Positions 9,506-19,288 of a DNA stretch of 50,092 nt are shown piece by piece (within the stretch, counting starts at the first letter, position 1; every line of letters starts with the position of its first letter). A program made the translations under genes and the position numbers. The notes under the pieces were generated by a model. It was not told the DNA's origin and made no database searches. It saw only the letters and a program-made list of their open reading frames with translations. Source of the DNA: a virus (taxonomy: Duplodnaviria; Caudoviricetes); the IMG/VR virus record IMGVR_UViG_3300033149_005642, positions 1-50,092 of that record. One strand, given 5' to 3'.

Positions 9506-11011
9506 GTGGCTGCGAATACAAGCACTACGGCTGCAGCCCTGGCCGATCTGGTCAAGGAAGAGTTGCCTCCGGGAATCCGGGAGACCCTACCCGAACTCGA
9601 CCCGGTTTTCACGGAGGTGATTCAAACTTCGCAGGAGGTGGTCCGAGACCTCATTGGCTCGGAATGGAAGATCAGGTACAACCTGGAGACGAGCCTCGCT
9701 GGCGGCGTGAAGTGGGTGTCGCCCGGCGGAGGCACGGTGAACCTCGGTTCGGTCGCCGAGCCTCTCAGGCAGTCTCTGGTGTGGGGAACGCAGCAATCAT
9801 TCCCGACCGCTGCGGAGTCCCCCGCCGTCGGCAACATCCGTCTCACGCTCTCGATGGCGAAACTCTTCGGCAACTTCTACCTGCCGGAGGATGTCTTCGC
9901 GTCCGATGAACTTTCCAGTTCGGTCGTCCGGGAAGTCGTTCGGAACATCAAGGGCGTGGCGAAGCGGGTGGCCCAGCAGAACATCGTCTGGTTCTACCTG
10001 CCTTCCACCGGCGAGCTGTGTACCGTCAGCGGTATCAGTTCGTACAGCGGCAAAGCCGAAATCACGTTCACGCCGGATAACGGGAGAATCCGGTGGTTCT
10101 ACAACGGTATGGTGGTGGACGTTTACAATCAGGACTTCACCACCAACCGCACGTCGGACTTCGCCGTCGTCGTGGACAACGTGGACTACCTGAACAAGAC
10201 GGTCCGGCTCGTTCGTCCCGACGGCACGGCCTTCCCTGCCGGGTTCGTGAATGGGGACAAGGTCGTGGCGAAGGATTGTTACAGCAGCGGGAAACTCGGC
10301 CCTTACGGTCTGGATGACTGGACTAAGAGTTCGGGTGCTCTGTTCGACGCAAGCAGCGGAGTGAACGTGAGCAACTACTCTCAGTTCAAGTCTCTCGTTT
10401 CGGACATTTCGGCCTCTCTGACCGAGTCCACCCTCGCGGAGAAGATGGGCCAGTTCGTGGACGCCTACGGGCTGTACCTCGACACGGTCATCACTACGCG
10501 GGGTGTGACCCAGGGCTTCATGGAGCAACCGACGTTCGGAAAGGGAGAGTTCATCTTCAACCGGCAGGGTGCTCCCCTGAACTTCGTGGGCGGCTGGTCG
10601 AAGGTCGGTTTCGTGTACGACGGGCGGAACTACCAGTGGTTGATTTCGCCCTACATGCGCGAAGAGACCCTCTACGTCGTCAAGCTCGGCGGCAAGAACC
10701 TGAAGCGTTACGTTCCCCCGAACGTTCCGCAGATGGGTTCCCGCGCGGACTTCGGCGGCGAGATTCGGTTCCTTGCCGGTCTCGGAGGCGGATCGGGCAT
10801 CTTCAAGCTCGCTCACACCTCCGCAGGTGCGACTCAGCCGATGGTGGAAGCCCCCTTCATCTCCAGATGCCAGATGGCCCCGGAGATCGTCATGGGGATC
10901 AAACTCACCAGCATCACCGAGTCACCGGCAATCGCCACGACAACCACCACGACAACCAGTACGTCTACGAGCACGACTTCGACGACCACGACTTCCACTA
11001 CGACTCCGTAA
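9506..11011 (+). CDS. Major capsid protein with C-terminal Thr/Ser-rich tail
   Basis: 501 aa, follows scaffold, GGAGG RBS and GTG start, followed by a strong terminator; last 24 residues are almost all T/S. Confidence 0.8.
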   Translation: MAANTSTTAAALADLVKEELPPGIRETLPELDPVFTEVIQTSQEVVRDLIGSEWKIRYNLETSLAGGVKWVSPGGGTVNLGSVAEPLRQSLVWGTQQSFPTAAESPAVGNIRLTLSMAKLFGNFYLPEDVFASDELSSSVVREVVRNIKGVAKRVAQQNIVWFYLPSTGELCTVSGISSYSGKAEITFTPDNGRIRWFYNGMVVDVYNQDFTTNRTSDFAVVVDNVDYLNKTVRLVRPDGTAFPAGFVNGDKVVAKDCYSSGKLGPYGLDDWTKSSGALFDASSGVNVSNYSQFKSLVSDISASLTESTLAEKMGQFVDAYGLYLDTVITTRGVTQGFMEQPTFGKGEFIFNRQGAPLNFVGGWSKVGFVYDGRNYQWLISPYMREETLYVVKLGGKNLKRYVPPNVPQMGSRADFGGEIRFLAGLGGGSGIFKLAHTSAGATQPMVEAPFISRCQMAPEIVMGIKLTSITESPAIATTTTTTTSTSTSTTSTTTTSTTTP

Positions 11012-11063
11012 CGGACGGTGGAAAGTGGTCCCGCTTTACGGCTCGGTTACGTGGCGGGAGGAC

Positions 11064-11100
11064 GGAACGGGGGGGCTTCGGCCTCCCCGTTTCCTTTTTC
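11064..11100 (+). terminator. Rho-independent terminator after the capsid gene
   Basis: GGAACGGGGGGGC-TTCG-GCCTCCCCGTTTCC stem with cUUCGg loop, then TTTTT. Confidence 0.85.
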
Positions 11101-11131
11101 CTATTCCACGTGAAACAATGGGAGTGATGCC

Positions 11132-11521
11132 GTGATAAGAATACGCAACGACCGTCACGAAATCCATGAGATACCTTTTTCCGGGTTCCTCCGCCGAACC
11201 TTTCCGGAATTCCCCGGCCTCTTTGTGTATCGTCATCGCACCTCCGGGAACTGGGTCGTAGCTCGGTGGGTACGGGAACGCGACCGTATCGCCCAGGAAC
11301 TTCTCATTATCGGTCCGTCCCTGGCCCGCCTCTCCCGCGAGTTCGTCTCGGAACTCCGCGCCCTCCTGTACCATCCCGTCACAAAACGGGAATTTCTCCG
11401 GGCCGCGTCCCCCTACGAGACCGCATCCCTTGACGCGGCGGTAGAGGCCAACGACGAACACGACTTCTGGCGTCACCGTTGGGGCAAGAAGACGTTCTCC
11501 GTCCCCCGTCTTTGGAGATAG
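11132..11521 (+). CDS. Hypothetical protein
   Basis: ORF with GGGAG RBS, operon packing. Confidence 0.65.
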   Translation: MIRIRNDRHEIHEIPFSGFLRRTFPEFPGLFVYRHRTSGNWVVARWVRERDRIAQELLIIGPSLARLSREFVSELRALLYHPVTKREFLRAASPYETASLDAAVEANDEHDFWRHRWGKKTFSVPRLWR

Positions 11522-11527
11522 CATATC

Positions 11528-12904
11528 ATGGCGAGTCTCGTCTTCCCGTCCGATCGGCAAACCCCGGAAGACCGCTATCGTTATCTCTATGCCTGCGTCG
11601 AGAAGCTGCGCCTGGAGCATAACAAGTACGCGGGGATAACGACGCCGAAGGCGGAGAGACGTCGCCGCCGTTGTCACGAACTCCAGCACGTCATCTTTCG
11701 TGAGATTCACCGGTTGCGGGCCAAGGTCCAGACGGAGACGTGGAACCCCGCCGACGAAGAACCTCCCCGCTTTATGCGATTGAAGGATGAGGGACTTTCC
11801 CGACACACTGAGGCCGACCCCGAAGCCTTGACCGGGATGTCCCTCGCCGATGAACCCGAATCCCGAACCCTCGATCCTACGGAAGACTTCACGACCTACA
11901 CCGAGGTGGACCCGAACAGTCACCTATCCAGAACATCGAGCGTCATCACGGCCAGTCACCTGAACTGCAACGAAGACGCCTATATCTATGATGATAAGGG
12001 TGCCGGTCACTTCGGAAGCACTTTCACGCACTATTACAAAGTCAACTGGATCGACTCATCCCAGTATAGAGATTGTGCCCTCTGGGCGGTCAGTAACGTA
12101 GTCGATGACGCGAAGAGCTGGCTCGATAACTATAGCGAAGCTGTCTTCCACTATACTTACAGCTATTATACCGGCCATCCTCGCATGTACATTGAAGATG
12201 CAGAAACGAGGACGCTGAGTAGTTACAGGCAATTCCACGACGAAGCGAACCCGGTCTATTATACTGTGGAGCGCACGGATGCCTTCACTATATATCTTCG
12301 GGCATACAGCGACGCCGCCCGCACCAACGAACTGACCGGTTCCCCCCTCAGCATCTCGTTGCAGGGCACTTCTTATCGTTATGTTTTCGGGGTCTGTTCT
12401 TGGAACGATGGTGACTCCGCCGACTTGAATTTTACGATGGAGGACCTCGATCTGAACGAGGGCGGAGGAACAACTACTACCTCGACTACGTCCACCACCT
12501 CGACTACATCTACTACGACATCTACCACTACCACGACTACTCCGGCTCCCACCACCACGACTACTACGTCTACGACTACCACCACCACGTCGTCTACTAC
12601 TTCTACGACCACCACTTCTACAACCACGTCTACTACCACCACGCCACCGCCTACGACTACTACCACGACAAGTTCTACGACGAGTTCGACTACAACCACT
12701 TCGACGACTACGGTGCCTCCCACTACGACTACGACGGCGGCTCCGACGAGCAGCACGAGTTCCACGAGTACGTCTTCGACGACGAGCACGACTACTACCA
12801 CTTCCACCACGACGCCGTATACTCCGGGGGAGGTGGTGCGTGCCAAGTGGGATCGGACGTTGGCGAACGGACAGGTACTATTGACGGGAGGTGTGGTGGG
12901 ATGA
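11528..12904 (+). CDS. Putative virion protein: aromatic beta-rich domain plus ~115-aa mucin-like Thr/Ser/Pro tract
   Basis: T/S/P tract at about 12470-12826; structural operon position. Confidence 0.75.
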   Translation: MASLVFPSDRQTPEDRYRYLYACVEKLRLEHNKYAGITTPKAERRRRRCHELQHVIFREIHRLRAKVQTETWNPADEEPPRFMRLKDEGLSRHTEADPEALTGMSLADEPESRTLDPTEDFTTYTEVDPNSHLSRTSSVITASHLNCNEDAYIYDDKGAGHFGSTFTHYYKVNWIDSSQYRDCALWAVSNVVDDAKSWLDNYSEAVFHYTYSYYTGHPRMYIEDAETRTLSSYRQFHDEANPVYYTVERTDAFTIYLRAYSDAARTNELTGSPLSISLQGTSYRYVFGVCSWNDGDSADLNFTMEDLDLNEGGGTTTTSTTSTTSTTSTTTSTTTTTTPAPTTTTTTSTTTTTTSSTTSTTTTSTTTSTTTTPPPTTTTTTSSTTSSTTTTSTTTVPPTTTTTAAPTSSTSSTSTSSTTSTTTTTSTTTPYTPGEVVRAKWDRTLANGQVLLTGGVVG

Positions 12905-14163
12905 GATATCTCAACGATTACGGACGGGGTGCCACCGTGCGGTTCCGGTGGAGCACCAACGATACGAACGGAGCCTCCGTCACCCGGAGTACCGACGGGG
13001 CCATCCGAGTATACAAGGACGGCGGCACGTCGTATTCCACTACCGGGATCACCGATACGGAGGACTTCAACGGTCTGGCGGGAGTCCACCTCTGCGAGAT
13101 AGATTTGACCGCCGACAGCTTCTACCAGCCGGGTCACGATTACGACGTGGTATTGGCGGGGGCGGTCATCGACGGGCAGACCGTGAACGCGGTCATCGCC
13201 AGCTTCTCGGTGGAGAACCGTTATCCCTTCGCTACGGCGACCTCTTCCTCCACCAGCTCCGGCGGCGTGGCGGGCCTCACGGACGGGTTCCTCTACAAGG
13301 GTATCATGCTGCTCCGTGAACTTCTGGACGAACCCGACGTGAACGCAAAGTACACGGATGCCCGCCTCATCGAGTATCTGGAGTCCGCTTACGGAGACGT
13401 GCTCGGCGAATACAACCGAAACTGTCCCGCGCCGCTCCTCTGCTACTACGACGTGACGCTGGCAAATACCACTTCCCGTCAATGGTATGCCTTACCGCCC
13501 TCCGTGGTCGGCATGATTCGGATGATAGAACTCCTGGATTCCAACGATAACGTTGTGGGGCGGCTTCGAGACAGGCCCATGTTGTCGGCTTCCGGGCAAG
13601 GATGGCGGTTGGAGGGCCACAACTTGTTCGTGGAAGAGGACCGGTTCACCACGGGCTACAAAATGAGGATATACTATATCCCGACGGGGACCGCCCGTCT
13701 TCACGAGGGGACCGCTGCGGCCCTTACCGCCTCCACCATCACGCTCGCGTCGTCTCCCTCGCGTGGGACCCTCGACATGACGCCCAATGCCTACGGGGGT
13801 TCCGTAGTCCGCATCCTCGGAGCCGACACCAATTACGTGATGCAGGAGCGGATTATTACGGATTACGATGCGCAGACCAGGGTGGCAACCGTGCGACCCG
13901 ACTTCGATCCCGTCCCTTCCGGTACCGTCAACTACGAGATAGGTCCCATTCTCGGTGCCATCTTCCAGAAACCGATGATCTGGCGGGCCGCCTCGGCCAT
14001 CGCCGCGATGGAATGGGGTATGGGCGCGAAATATAAGGCCCTCGTGGCGGAAGAACAGCGGCTTCTTCGTACTCTCCGTCTGAACGCCGCCAACACCAAC
14101 ATCTTCAACGGTATCGCTTTCCGACGGGATACGGTGCTGGCCGAGACGGACGACAACGGATGA
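12901..14163 (+). CDS. Putative head-tail adaptor / virion structural protein
   Basis: ATGA overlap with previous gene; LRELLDEPD...YTDARLIEYL...YALP adaptor-like segment. Confidence 0.6.
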   Translation: MRYLNDYGRGATVRFRWSTNDTNGASVTRSTDGAIRVYKDGGTSYSTTGITDTEDFNGLAGVHLCEIDLTADSFYQPGHDYDVVLAGAVIDGQTVNAVIASFSVENRYPFATATSSSTSSGGVAGLTDGFLYKGIMLLRELLDEPDVNAKYTDARLIEYLESAYGDVLGEYNRNCPAPLLCYYDVTLANTTSRQWYALPPSVVGMIRMIELLDSNDNVVGRLRDRPMLSASGQGWRLEGHNLFVEEDRFTTGYKMRIYYIPTGTARLHEGTAAALTASTITLASSPSRGTLDMTPNAYGGSVVRILGADTNYVMQERIITDYDAQTRVATVRPDFDPVPSGTVNYEIGPILGAIFQKPMIWRAASAIAAMEWGMGAKYKALVAEEQRLLRTLRLNAANTNIFNGIAFRRDTVLAETDDNG

Positions 14164-14176
14164 CGGGGGACGGGGC

Positions 14177-14638
14177 ATGTACGTATATCCTTCGATAGGC
14201 GTCCGGGACTCCTTCGCCAGCCTGGTACCGGCAAAACCCCGTCCCCCGTCGATCTCAGGGGGAAAGATTCGATTGGCGGGGGAAGACCGGCGGTCGGAAG
14301 AGGAGATGCTTCAGGCGGCGCTGGAAGACCAAGTGAAGTCCCTTTTTTATAAGCCGCCCCGGTGGGATAATGTCCAGTCGTACCTTTCCGATCCTGTGTT
14401 GCCGGATTTCCGGAGTCCCAGGCCCGTCGGAGCCAACCGTTATCTCACCCTGCTCACCAGCATCGTGAAGCAGGGCAGCAATTATATCGTGGGGAAGAAC
14501 ATCTTCAAGATCACGAAGGGACTCATTCAATATATCGGTTCGACCACGTCCACGCTCGCGGCTCCTACGACTACTACCAGTAGCAGTACGTCGAGCACGA
14601 CCACTTCCACGACTACTACGACCACCACGACCTCGTGA
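14177..14638 (+). CDS. Putative virion protein with C-terminal Thr/Ser tract
   Basis: C-terminal ~32 aa nearly all T/S (14540-14635). Confidence 0.7.
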   Translation: MYVYPSIGVRDSFASLVPAKPRPPSISGGKIRLAGEDRRSEEEMLQAALEDQVKSLFYKPPRWDNVQSYLSDPVLPDFRSPRPVGANRYLTLLTSIVKQGSNYIVGKNIFKITKGLIQYIGSTTSTLAAPTTTTSSSTSSTTTSTTTTTTTTS

Positions 14639-14649
14639 GGTAAGGCGAG

Positions 14650-15501
14650 ATGTATGTGCAGCCGCCGTTGGAGGCGGAGCAGTTGCCGGGTGCTCTTCCT
14701 CCCACGTTCCGGAAGACGTTCCTGGAGGGAGGCTACGTGCGTCTTGTAGATTGGGGAGGTCGTCAAACCAAACTCGAACATTTTCTCACTGCTTCCTCCT
14801 ACGATTTCGACAGCGACGATCCCCAGGGACTTCTCAACCGTTTCCTCGACTATCTGCGCCGCGCCTCCGCCGGATGGTCGATCATCTGGGACATCGTTCG
14901 GGATGACGACGGCCTCCATCCGGCCATCGGTCCCATCTTCACCGGCCCCGGCGGTCTTGACGTACCCCCTAATGTTCCCGGCGGCGTAGGTACCACCACC
15001 GCCACGACCACCGCAACCACTACCGCAACGACTACGCCGACGACCACTGCAACCACGACTGCAACCACTACGCCTACCACCACTTCTTCTTCGTCGTCGT
15101 CATCGTCATCGTCTTCAACCACCTCTTCTTCTTCTTCAACCACTACTACATCTTCATCGACGACGACCACTGCAACCACCACGCCGACGACTACTGCGAC
15201 AACTACCACAACTACTTCCCCGACGACTACAACAACCACGGTTGCGTGGGGTCCGTGCTGCTACGAGTGTGTCTGCGTTGGAGCTGGATACGGGACAACT
15301 ACGAGCGACTGTGTAGAAGGTCCGGGCGATTGCACTAATCAGCCTCCAGACACTTACTGTTACTATAATGAGACGGAGATCACATGTTGGGCGGTTACGC
15401 CCGGAGAGAATCTGCACGGGTGTCATTACTGGCCCCCGAACTGTGATGAAGAATCTCATGGGTGCGTCGTTTACGAATATTCGTCGGAGACATGTGAATG
15501 A
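14650..15501 (+). CDS. Putative virion protein: Thr/Ser-rich stalk plus Cys-rich C-terminal domain
   Basis: ~83-aa T/S/A/P tract (14992-15240) followed by ~85 aa with about 12 Cys. Confidence 0.75.
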   Translation: MYVQPPLEAEQLPGALPPTFRKTFLEGGYVRLVDWGGRQTKLEHFLTASSYDFDSDDPQGLLNRFLDYLRRASAGWSIIWDIVRDDDGLHPAIGPIFTGPGGLDVPPNVPGGVGTTTATTTATTTATTTPTTTATTTATTTPTTTSSSSSSSSSSSTTSSSSSTTTTSSSTTTTATTTPTTTATTTTTTSPTTTTTTVAWGPCCYECVCVGAGYGTTTSDCVEGPGDCTNQPPDTYCYYNETEITCWAVTPGENLHGCHYWPPNCDEESHGCVVYEYSSETCE

Positions 15502-16070
15502 TTGACTGCAAGTTCGCCGATCCGAAACTCCAGACTGAGCCGCTTCCGGTCGGTTCGGTTTGTCCGCGCTGCAACGGAAAGAATCCTGAGTGCGCGCTGT
15601 GTGGCGGTACGGGAAAGACGAAGGTTGAAGTACCGGGCCGCGTAAAATGCTGGAAGCTCACGAATGAGGCCGGGTTCGTGTGCTCGGTCACCACGAGTCA
15701 TTGCCGGGTTTGTGACGCGCGAGTCCCGATGGGAGTGTCGGGGTCCGGCGTCTCCGTCCGGGATTCTACGGTCCTTCTGCCGCTACTCAAGGGTTGTCTC
15801 AAGGCCCGCTTGATAGCCGGTGACTGTCCGAGGTATCAGGCGGCGAATCCGGTGGATGTCGTCGCGGCGGCATCGAAATTCAGGATGTTGTCGAACGCTT
15901 CGGAACGTGCCGATTTGTTCTCGCGTGCATTCTGGAAACAGACGCGACTGACCGAGAAGAACGGCGGCCATCCCCCCGAAGTTCTCGCCGAGAAATTGGG
16001 AGCGTTGGCGACCGCATTGAGCACTACGGAAACGTTACAGGAAATCGTCGATGCGTACACGGCTGATTGA
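15498..16070 (+). CDS. Cys-rich hypothetical protein (CxxCxGxG zinc-binding-like)
   Basis: CPRCNG...CALCGGTG; ATGA overlap. Confidence 0.65.
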   Translation: MIDCKFADPKLQTEPLPVGSVCPRCNGKNPECALCGGTGKTKVEVPGRVKCWKLTNEAGFVCSVTTSHCRVCDARVPMGVSGSGVSVRDSTVLLPLLKGCLKARLIAGDCPRYQAANPVDVVAAASKFRMLSNASERADLFSRAFWKQTRLTEKNGGHPPEVLAEKLGALATALSTTETLQEIVDAYTAD

Positions 16071-16380
16071 GATCATCAAAGTATGCCGCAGCGAGGGTGA
16101 TGCGTTGCGCGAACGAAGACGGGCGCGTTGTGTGGGAGGTGACGACCTGGAACGTTGTCCGAACTATTACGTCAGGACCGATGGCCGACCGGGCTGCAAG
16201 GCTTGTCACTGCGGCGATCCGCTCACAAGGCCGCGTTGCCCCATCGGACGCTGGGGAATAACCCCTCTCTCAAGATGCAGATATCTGTCGGTAGTCCCTT
16301 CTGTCCCCGGCGGTTATCGTTGCATCCTTGGGCACCGGGATTGTTTCCGTTGTACGGACCGGCAGATGGCCGAGGAATGA
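16051..16380 (+). CDS. Cys-rich small protein
   Basis: CKACHC...CPIGRW motif, about 11 Cys. Confidence 0.55.
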   Translation: MRTRLIEIIKVCRSEGDALRERRRARCVGGDDLERCPNYYVRTDGRPGCKACHCGDPLTRPRCPIGRWGITPLSRCRYLSVVPSVPGGYRCILGHRDCFRCTDRQMAEE

Positions 16381-16402
16381 ATACGAATATGAATAGGAAT
16401 AC

Positions 16403-16431
16403 TTGATTTCCGGGGCTTCACGGGATATCAT
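16403..16431 (+). promoter_or_regulatory. Possible sigma70 promoter upstream of the glycosyltransferase block
   Basis: TTGATT-17 bp-TATCAT in an AT-rich intergenic gap. Confidence 0.45.
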
Positions 16432-16487
16432 TATTATTGTGACGGTAAGTGGTCGTTAGCGGTGGGGTTCAAGTGGGAGGTTTTACA

Positions 16488-16781
16488 ATGGGCGCGAATG
16501 CCAACCAGGGTATCTTGCAGGTGACGGGTATTTCGGGGACGGCGAAGGCCGTCCGGGATACGAGCACTCCGTGTACGCGGGTGCTGCTCCAAGCCGAGAA
16601 TGGGAACGCGGGGGTGCTCACGGTGGGCTTCTCTGCTTCTACGTGTTACCTGGAAGTGCCGAAACGGACGGAAGGCGGTTTGGTGTTGCCGGTTCACGAC
16701 CTGGCCGGGTTGTACGTGAAGACGAGTTCGGGAAGTTCCGACAAACTGAACGTCTACTACATCGCCGGTCCCATCGCCTGA
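16488..16781 (+). CDS. Small beta-rich protein (possible capsid decoration or structural protein)
   Basis: GGGAGG RBS, ATG at 16488. Confidence 0.65.
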   Translation: MGANANQGILQVTGISGTAKAVRDTSTPCTRVLLQAENGNAGVLTVGFSASTCYLEVPKRTEGGLVLPVHDLAGLYVKTSSGSSDKLNVYYIAGPIA

Positions 16782-16798
16782 CGGAAAAGGGAGCCGAC

Positions 16799-19288
16799 AT
16801 GCCTCCACCCGAACAGTTCCAGAGCCTGCCGTTGGACCCCAACGTGGGTCGTAAGACTTCCGTCTCCATCATCATCGCCGCCTGCGGAGAGGGGGAAGAG
16901 GTGATAGAGACCGTCAAGTCGGCGAGGGGGCTGGCCGGAGAGGTGGGTTCACTGGAAATAGTGGTCGTGGACGACACAAGGAACGGGACGGTCTGTCGGA
17001 GGTTGCCGGGGGGCGTGAAGCTCATTGAACATCGAGAGCAGCAGGGGGCCGGTCGCTCGAAGAACGAAGGGGCGGGCTTGGCGACGGGGGAGGTGTTGAT
17101 CTTCCCTGATGCCCACATGAGGTTCCCGCCCCATACGTTCCGAGACCTGGCGTCGGCGTGTGTACAATACAGGGGGATAGCCTGTTGCGGCGTTCAGCAT
17201 CGGGACAAGGCAAGAGGTTGTCAGGGGTGGGGGGCGTGGTTCCGGTTCCATCGGCGGGGACGACTGGGGGTGCAGTATAATCGGTTCGAGCCGGGACCGG
17301 GCCAGGCCATCGCGGTGGACATGCCGTTCGGGGGAACATACGCATTCCATCGGAGCGCCTTCAGGGCCATAGGGGGCTGGACCGACTCGGCGGCGAGATG
17401 GGGCTACTGTGAACAGCCTCTGGGCGTGGCTGCCTGGATGCTGGACATGAAAGTGCTGGCGGTGCATCCCATCGTGAAACACCTTTTCAGGAAAGTCAAT
17501 CCGTCAGGTGCGACGGCTGACGACGTATGGATGAACGTGGCCTTCTCCCACTACATCTTTTTCAGTCCCGAAACCAACCGGCACTACTGGACCCCGATTC
17601 TTCGGACCCACCTGGGAGCCCGTCTGAACGAAGTCCTGGGGATGCCCGAATTGGCGAGGCGACGAGCGAACTTCAAGCGATTGCCTGCGAAGAAAGATGA
17701 GGATTTCTTCCGGGAAAAGTTGGGGGTGACGCCGATAGGGGACGGGAAAGGTAATGTAAGGGGTGTGCGCGTCTGCTCGGTGATACTGCCCGCGTACAAC
17801 GAAGGGAAGGAAGTTCTTCTGACGGTGAGGAGCGTTGGACAGGCGACTCGATCGGATGCTGAGATCATTATTGTCGATGATGCATCCACCGACGGTTCGT
17901 GCGATCGGATCGACGCGGCCACGGGCAAGAAACGGTTCCCTGACATCGTGAGAATCTTGAGGAACAAGCAACGTTTCGGGGTCTGCCGCTCCCGGCTGAT
18001 CGGGATAGGAAGGGCGTCGGAGGACGTTCTGATCTTCATGGATGCTCACTCGCGGTGCTCGCCCTTAGCCGTGGACAAGTTGATGGCGGCGGCGTGGGAG
18101 TCGAAGGGTTTCGTGACGGGGGCCATTACGGGGTTGGGTGAAGATAAACCCCATTACGGGGGAAGGTTCTGCGTCAAGCCGGGATGGGGTCTCCGATTGG
18201 CGTACTGGAAAAGGAAACCGGAGAAGGTGCTGAACCGCATCACCGGTCCTATCGGCTCGTGTTACGCGGTGAGGCGGGACGTGTTGAAGCGGTTGAGAAG
18301 TTGGCCTCCTCTGCCGGGGAAGTGGGCGTACTCGGAACAAGCCATCGGGCTAAAGGCATATAACCTGGGCATCCCCATCTTCAATCTGGCCGATATTCTC
18401 ATCCAGCACAAGATGAAGAAAGGGACGATAGACGTTCCGCTGCTGGACGTATTGCTCAACGCTCACTTCATCCATCGGGCTTACTTCGACGAGGACACGT
18501 ACACTGACATCTGGAGACCGATCCTGTTGGAACGCGGTTACGACCCGGCGATAGATGAGCTCCTGAAATCAAAACTGTTGCGGGACGAGATCGAGTGGTT
18601 CCAGGCGAACCGGAGGCGTACCGACGAGGAGTTCTTCAGGCACGTGTTGGCCGCGGAGCCGGAAGACCTGCTCGACCTCGATCTGCGTAAAGGACGAGCG
18701 AAGCCCCGCACCCAGGCTTCTTATATCGCCTATGAATCGCGTCGATCTCCCGGACGGGAATGGCTGGCCGACCGTCCCCGCATGGAGAGGCATCTGAAAG
18801 ATTTACTCGAAATGTTGAGGCCGCCCTACACACGATACGTCCATCTCGACCTGGGCAGCCGGGACGGTTGGATTCTGGACAGGATGGTAGGGTTGGGATT
18901 CAAGAAGGGGCGCGTTCATGGAATGGAACTCGTGCCGTGGACGGCGAAACACGCCCGTAGAATGGGACGTGACGTGGACACGGGAGACATCCACGACCTT
19001 GGGCGATGGAAAGACGGAATCTTCAACCTCCTCACAATCATTCATGCGTTGGAGCACTGTCATACGCCGACGAAAGTTCTATCGGAAGCACAAAGGGTCT
19101 TGAGGCCGGGCGGCCTCCTGATGGTCGTCGTTCCGTTGGAACCGAAGAAGCTATCCGTGAAGGGAGACCACTGCTACGCCATGCGGAACGAGGAGGCGGT
19201 AAAGAAGCTCGTGGCAAAGTGCGGTTTCGAGATATTGAAGACGAAACGCTTCCATGACGAATTGACGCTGTTCGGGAGGCGCAAGTAG
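16799..19288 (+). CDS. Fusion of two GT-A glycosyltransferase domains (polypeptide GalNAc-transferase-like) and a class I SAM methyltransferase
   Basis: Domain 1: VVVDD, FPDAH, WGYCE, HLFRK. Domain 2: SVILPAYNE, IIIVDDASTDGS, FMDAH, WAYSE. C-terminus: LDLGSRDG, HALEH, RVLRPGG. Confidence 0.88.
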   Translation: MPPPEQFQSLPLDPNVGRKTSVSIIIAACGEGEEVIETVKSARGLAGEVGSLEIVVVDDTRNGTVCRRLPGGVKLIEHREQQGAGRSKNEGAGLATGEVLIFPDAHMRFPPHTFRDLASACVQYRGIACCGVQHRDKARGCQGWGAWFRFHRRGRLGVQYNRFEPGPGQAIAVDMPFGGTYAFHRSAFRAIGGWTDSAARWGYCEQPLGVAAWMLDMKVLAVHPIVKHLFRKVNPSGATADDVWMNVAFSHYIFFSPETNRHYWTPILRTHLGARLNEVLGMPELARRRANFKRLPAKKDEDFFREKLGVTPIGDGKGNVRGVRVCSVILPAYNEGKEVLLTVRSVGQATRSDAEIIIVDDASTDGSCDRIDAATGKKRFPDIVRILRNKQRFGVCRSRLIGIGRASEDVLIFMDAHSRCSPLAVDKLMAAAWESKGFVTGAITGLGEDKPHYGGRFCVKPGWGLRLAYWKRKPEKVLNRITGPIGSCYAVRRDVLKRLRSWPPLPGKWAYSEQAIGLKAYNLGIPIFNLADILIQHKMKKGTIDVPLLDVLLNAHFIHRAYFDEDTYTDIWRPILLERGYDPAIDELLKSKLLRDEIEWFQANRRRTDEEFFRHVLAAEPEDLLDLDLRKGRAKPRTQASYIAYESRRSPGREWLADRPRMERHLKDLLEMLRPPYTRYVHLDLGSRDGWILDRMVGLGFKKGRVHGMELVPWTAKHARRMGRDVDTGDIHDLGRWKDGIFNLLTIIHALEHCHTPTKVLSEAQRVLRPGGLLMVVVPLEPKKLSVKGDHCYAMRNEEAVKKLVAKCGFEILKTKRFHDELTLFGRRK

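Noticed and set aside
16571-16798. N-terminal extension of the GT fusion
   Set aside because: It overlaps the 16488-16781 gene; ATG 16799 has an AAGGGAG RBS
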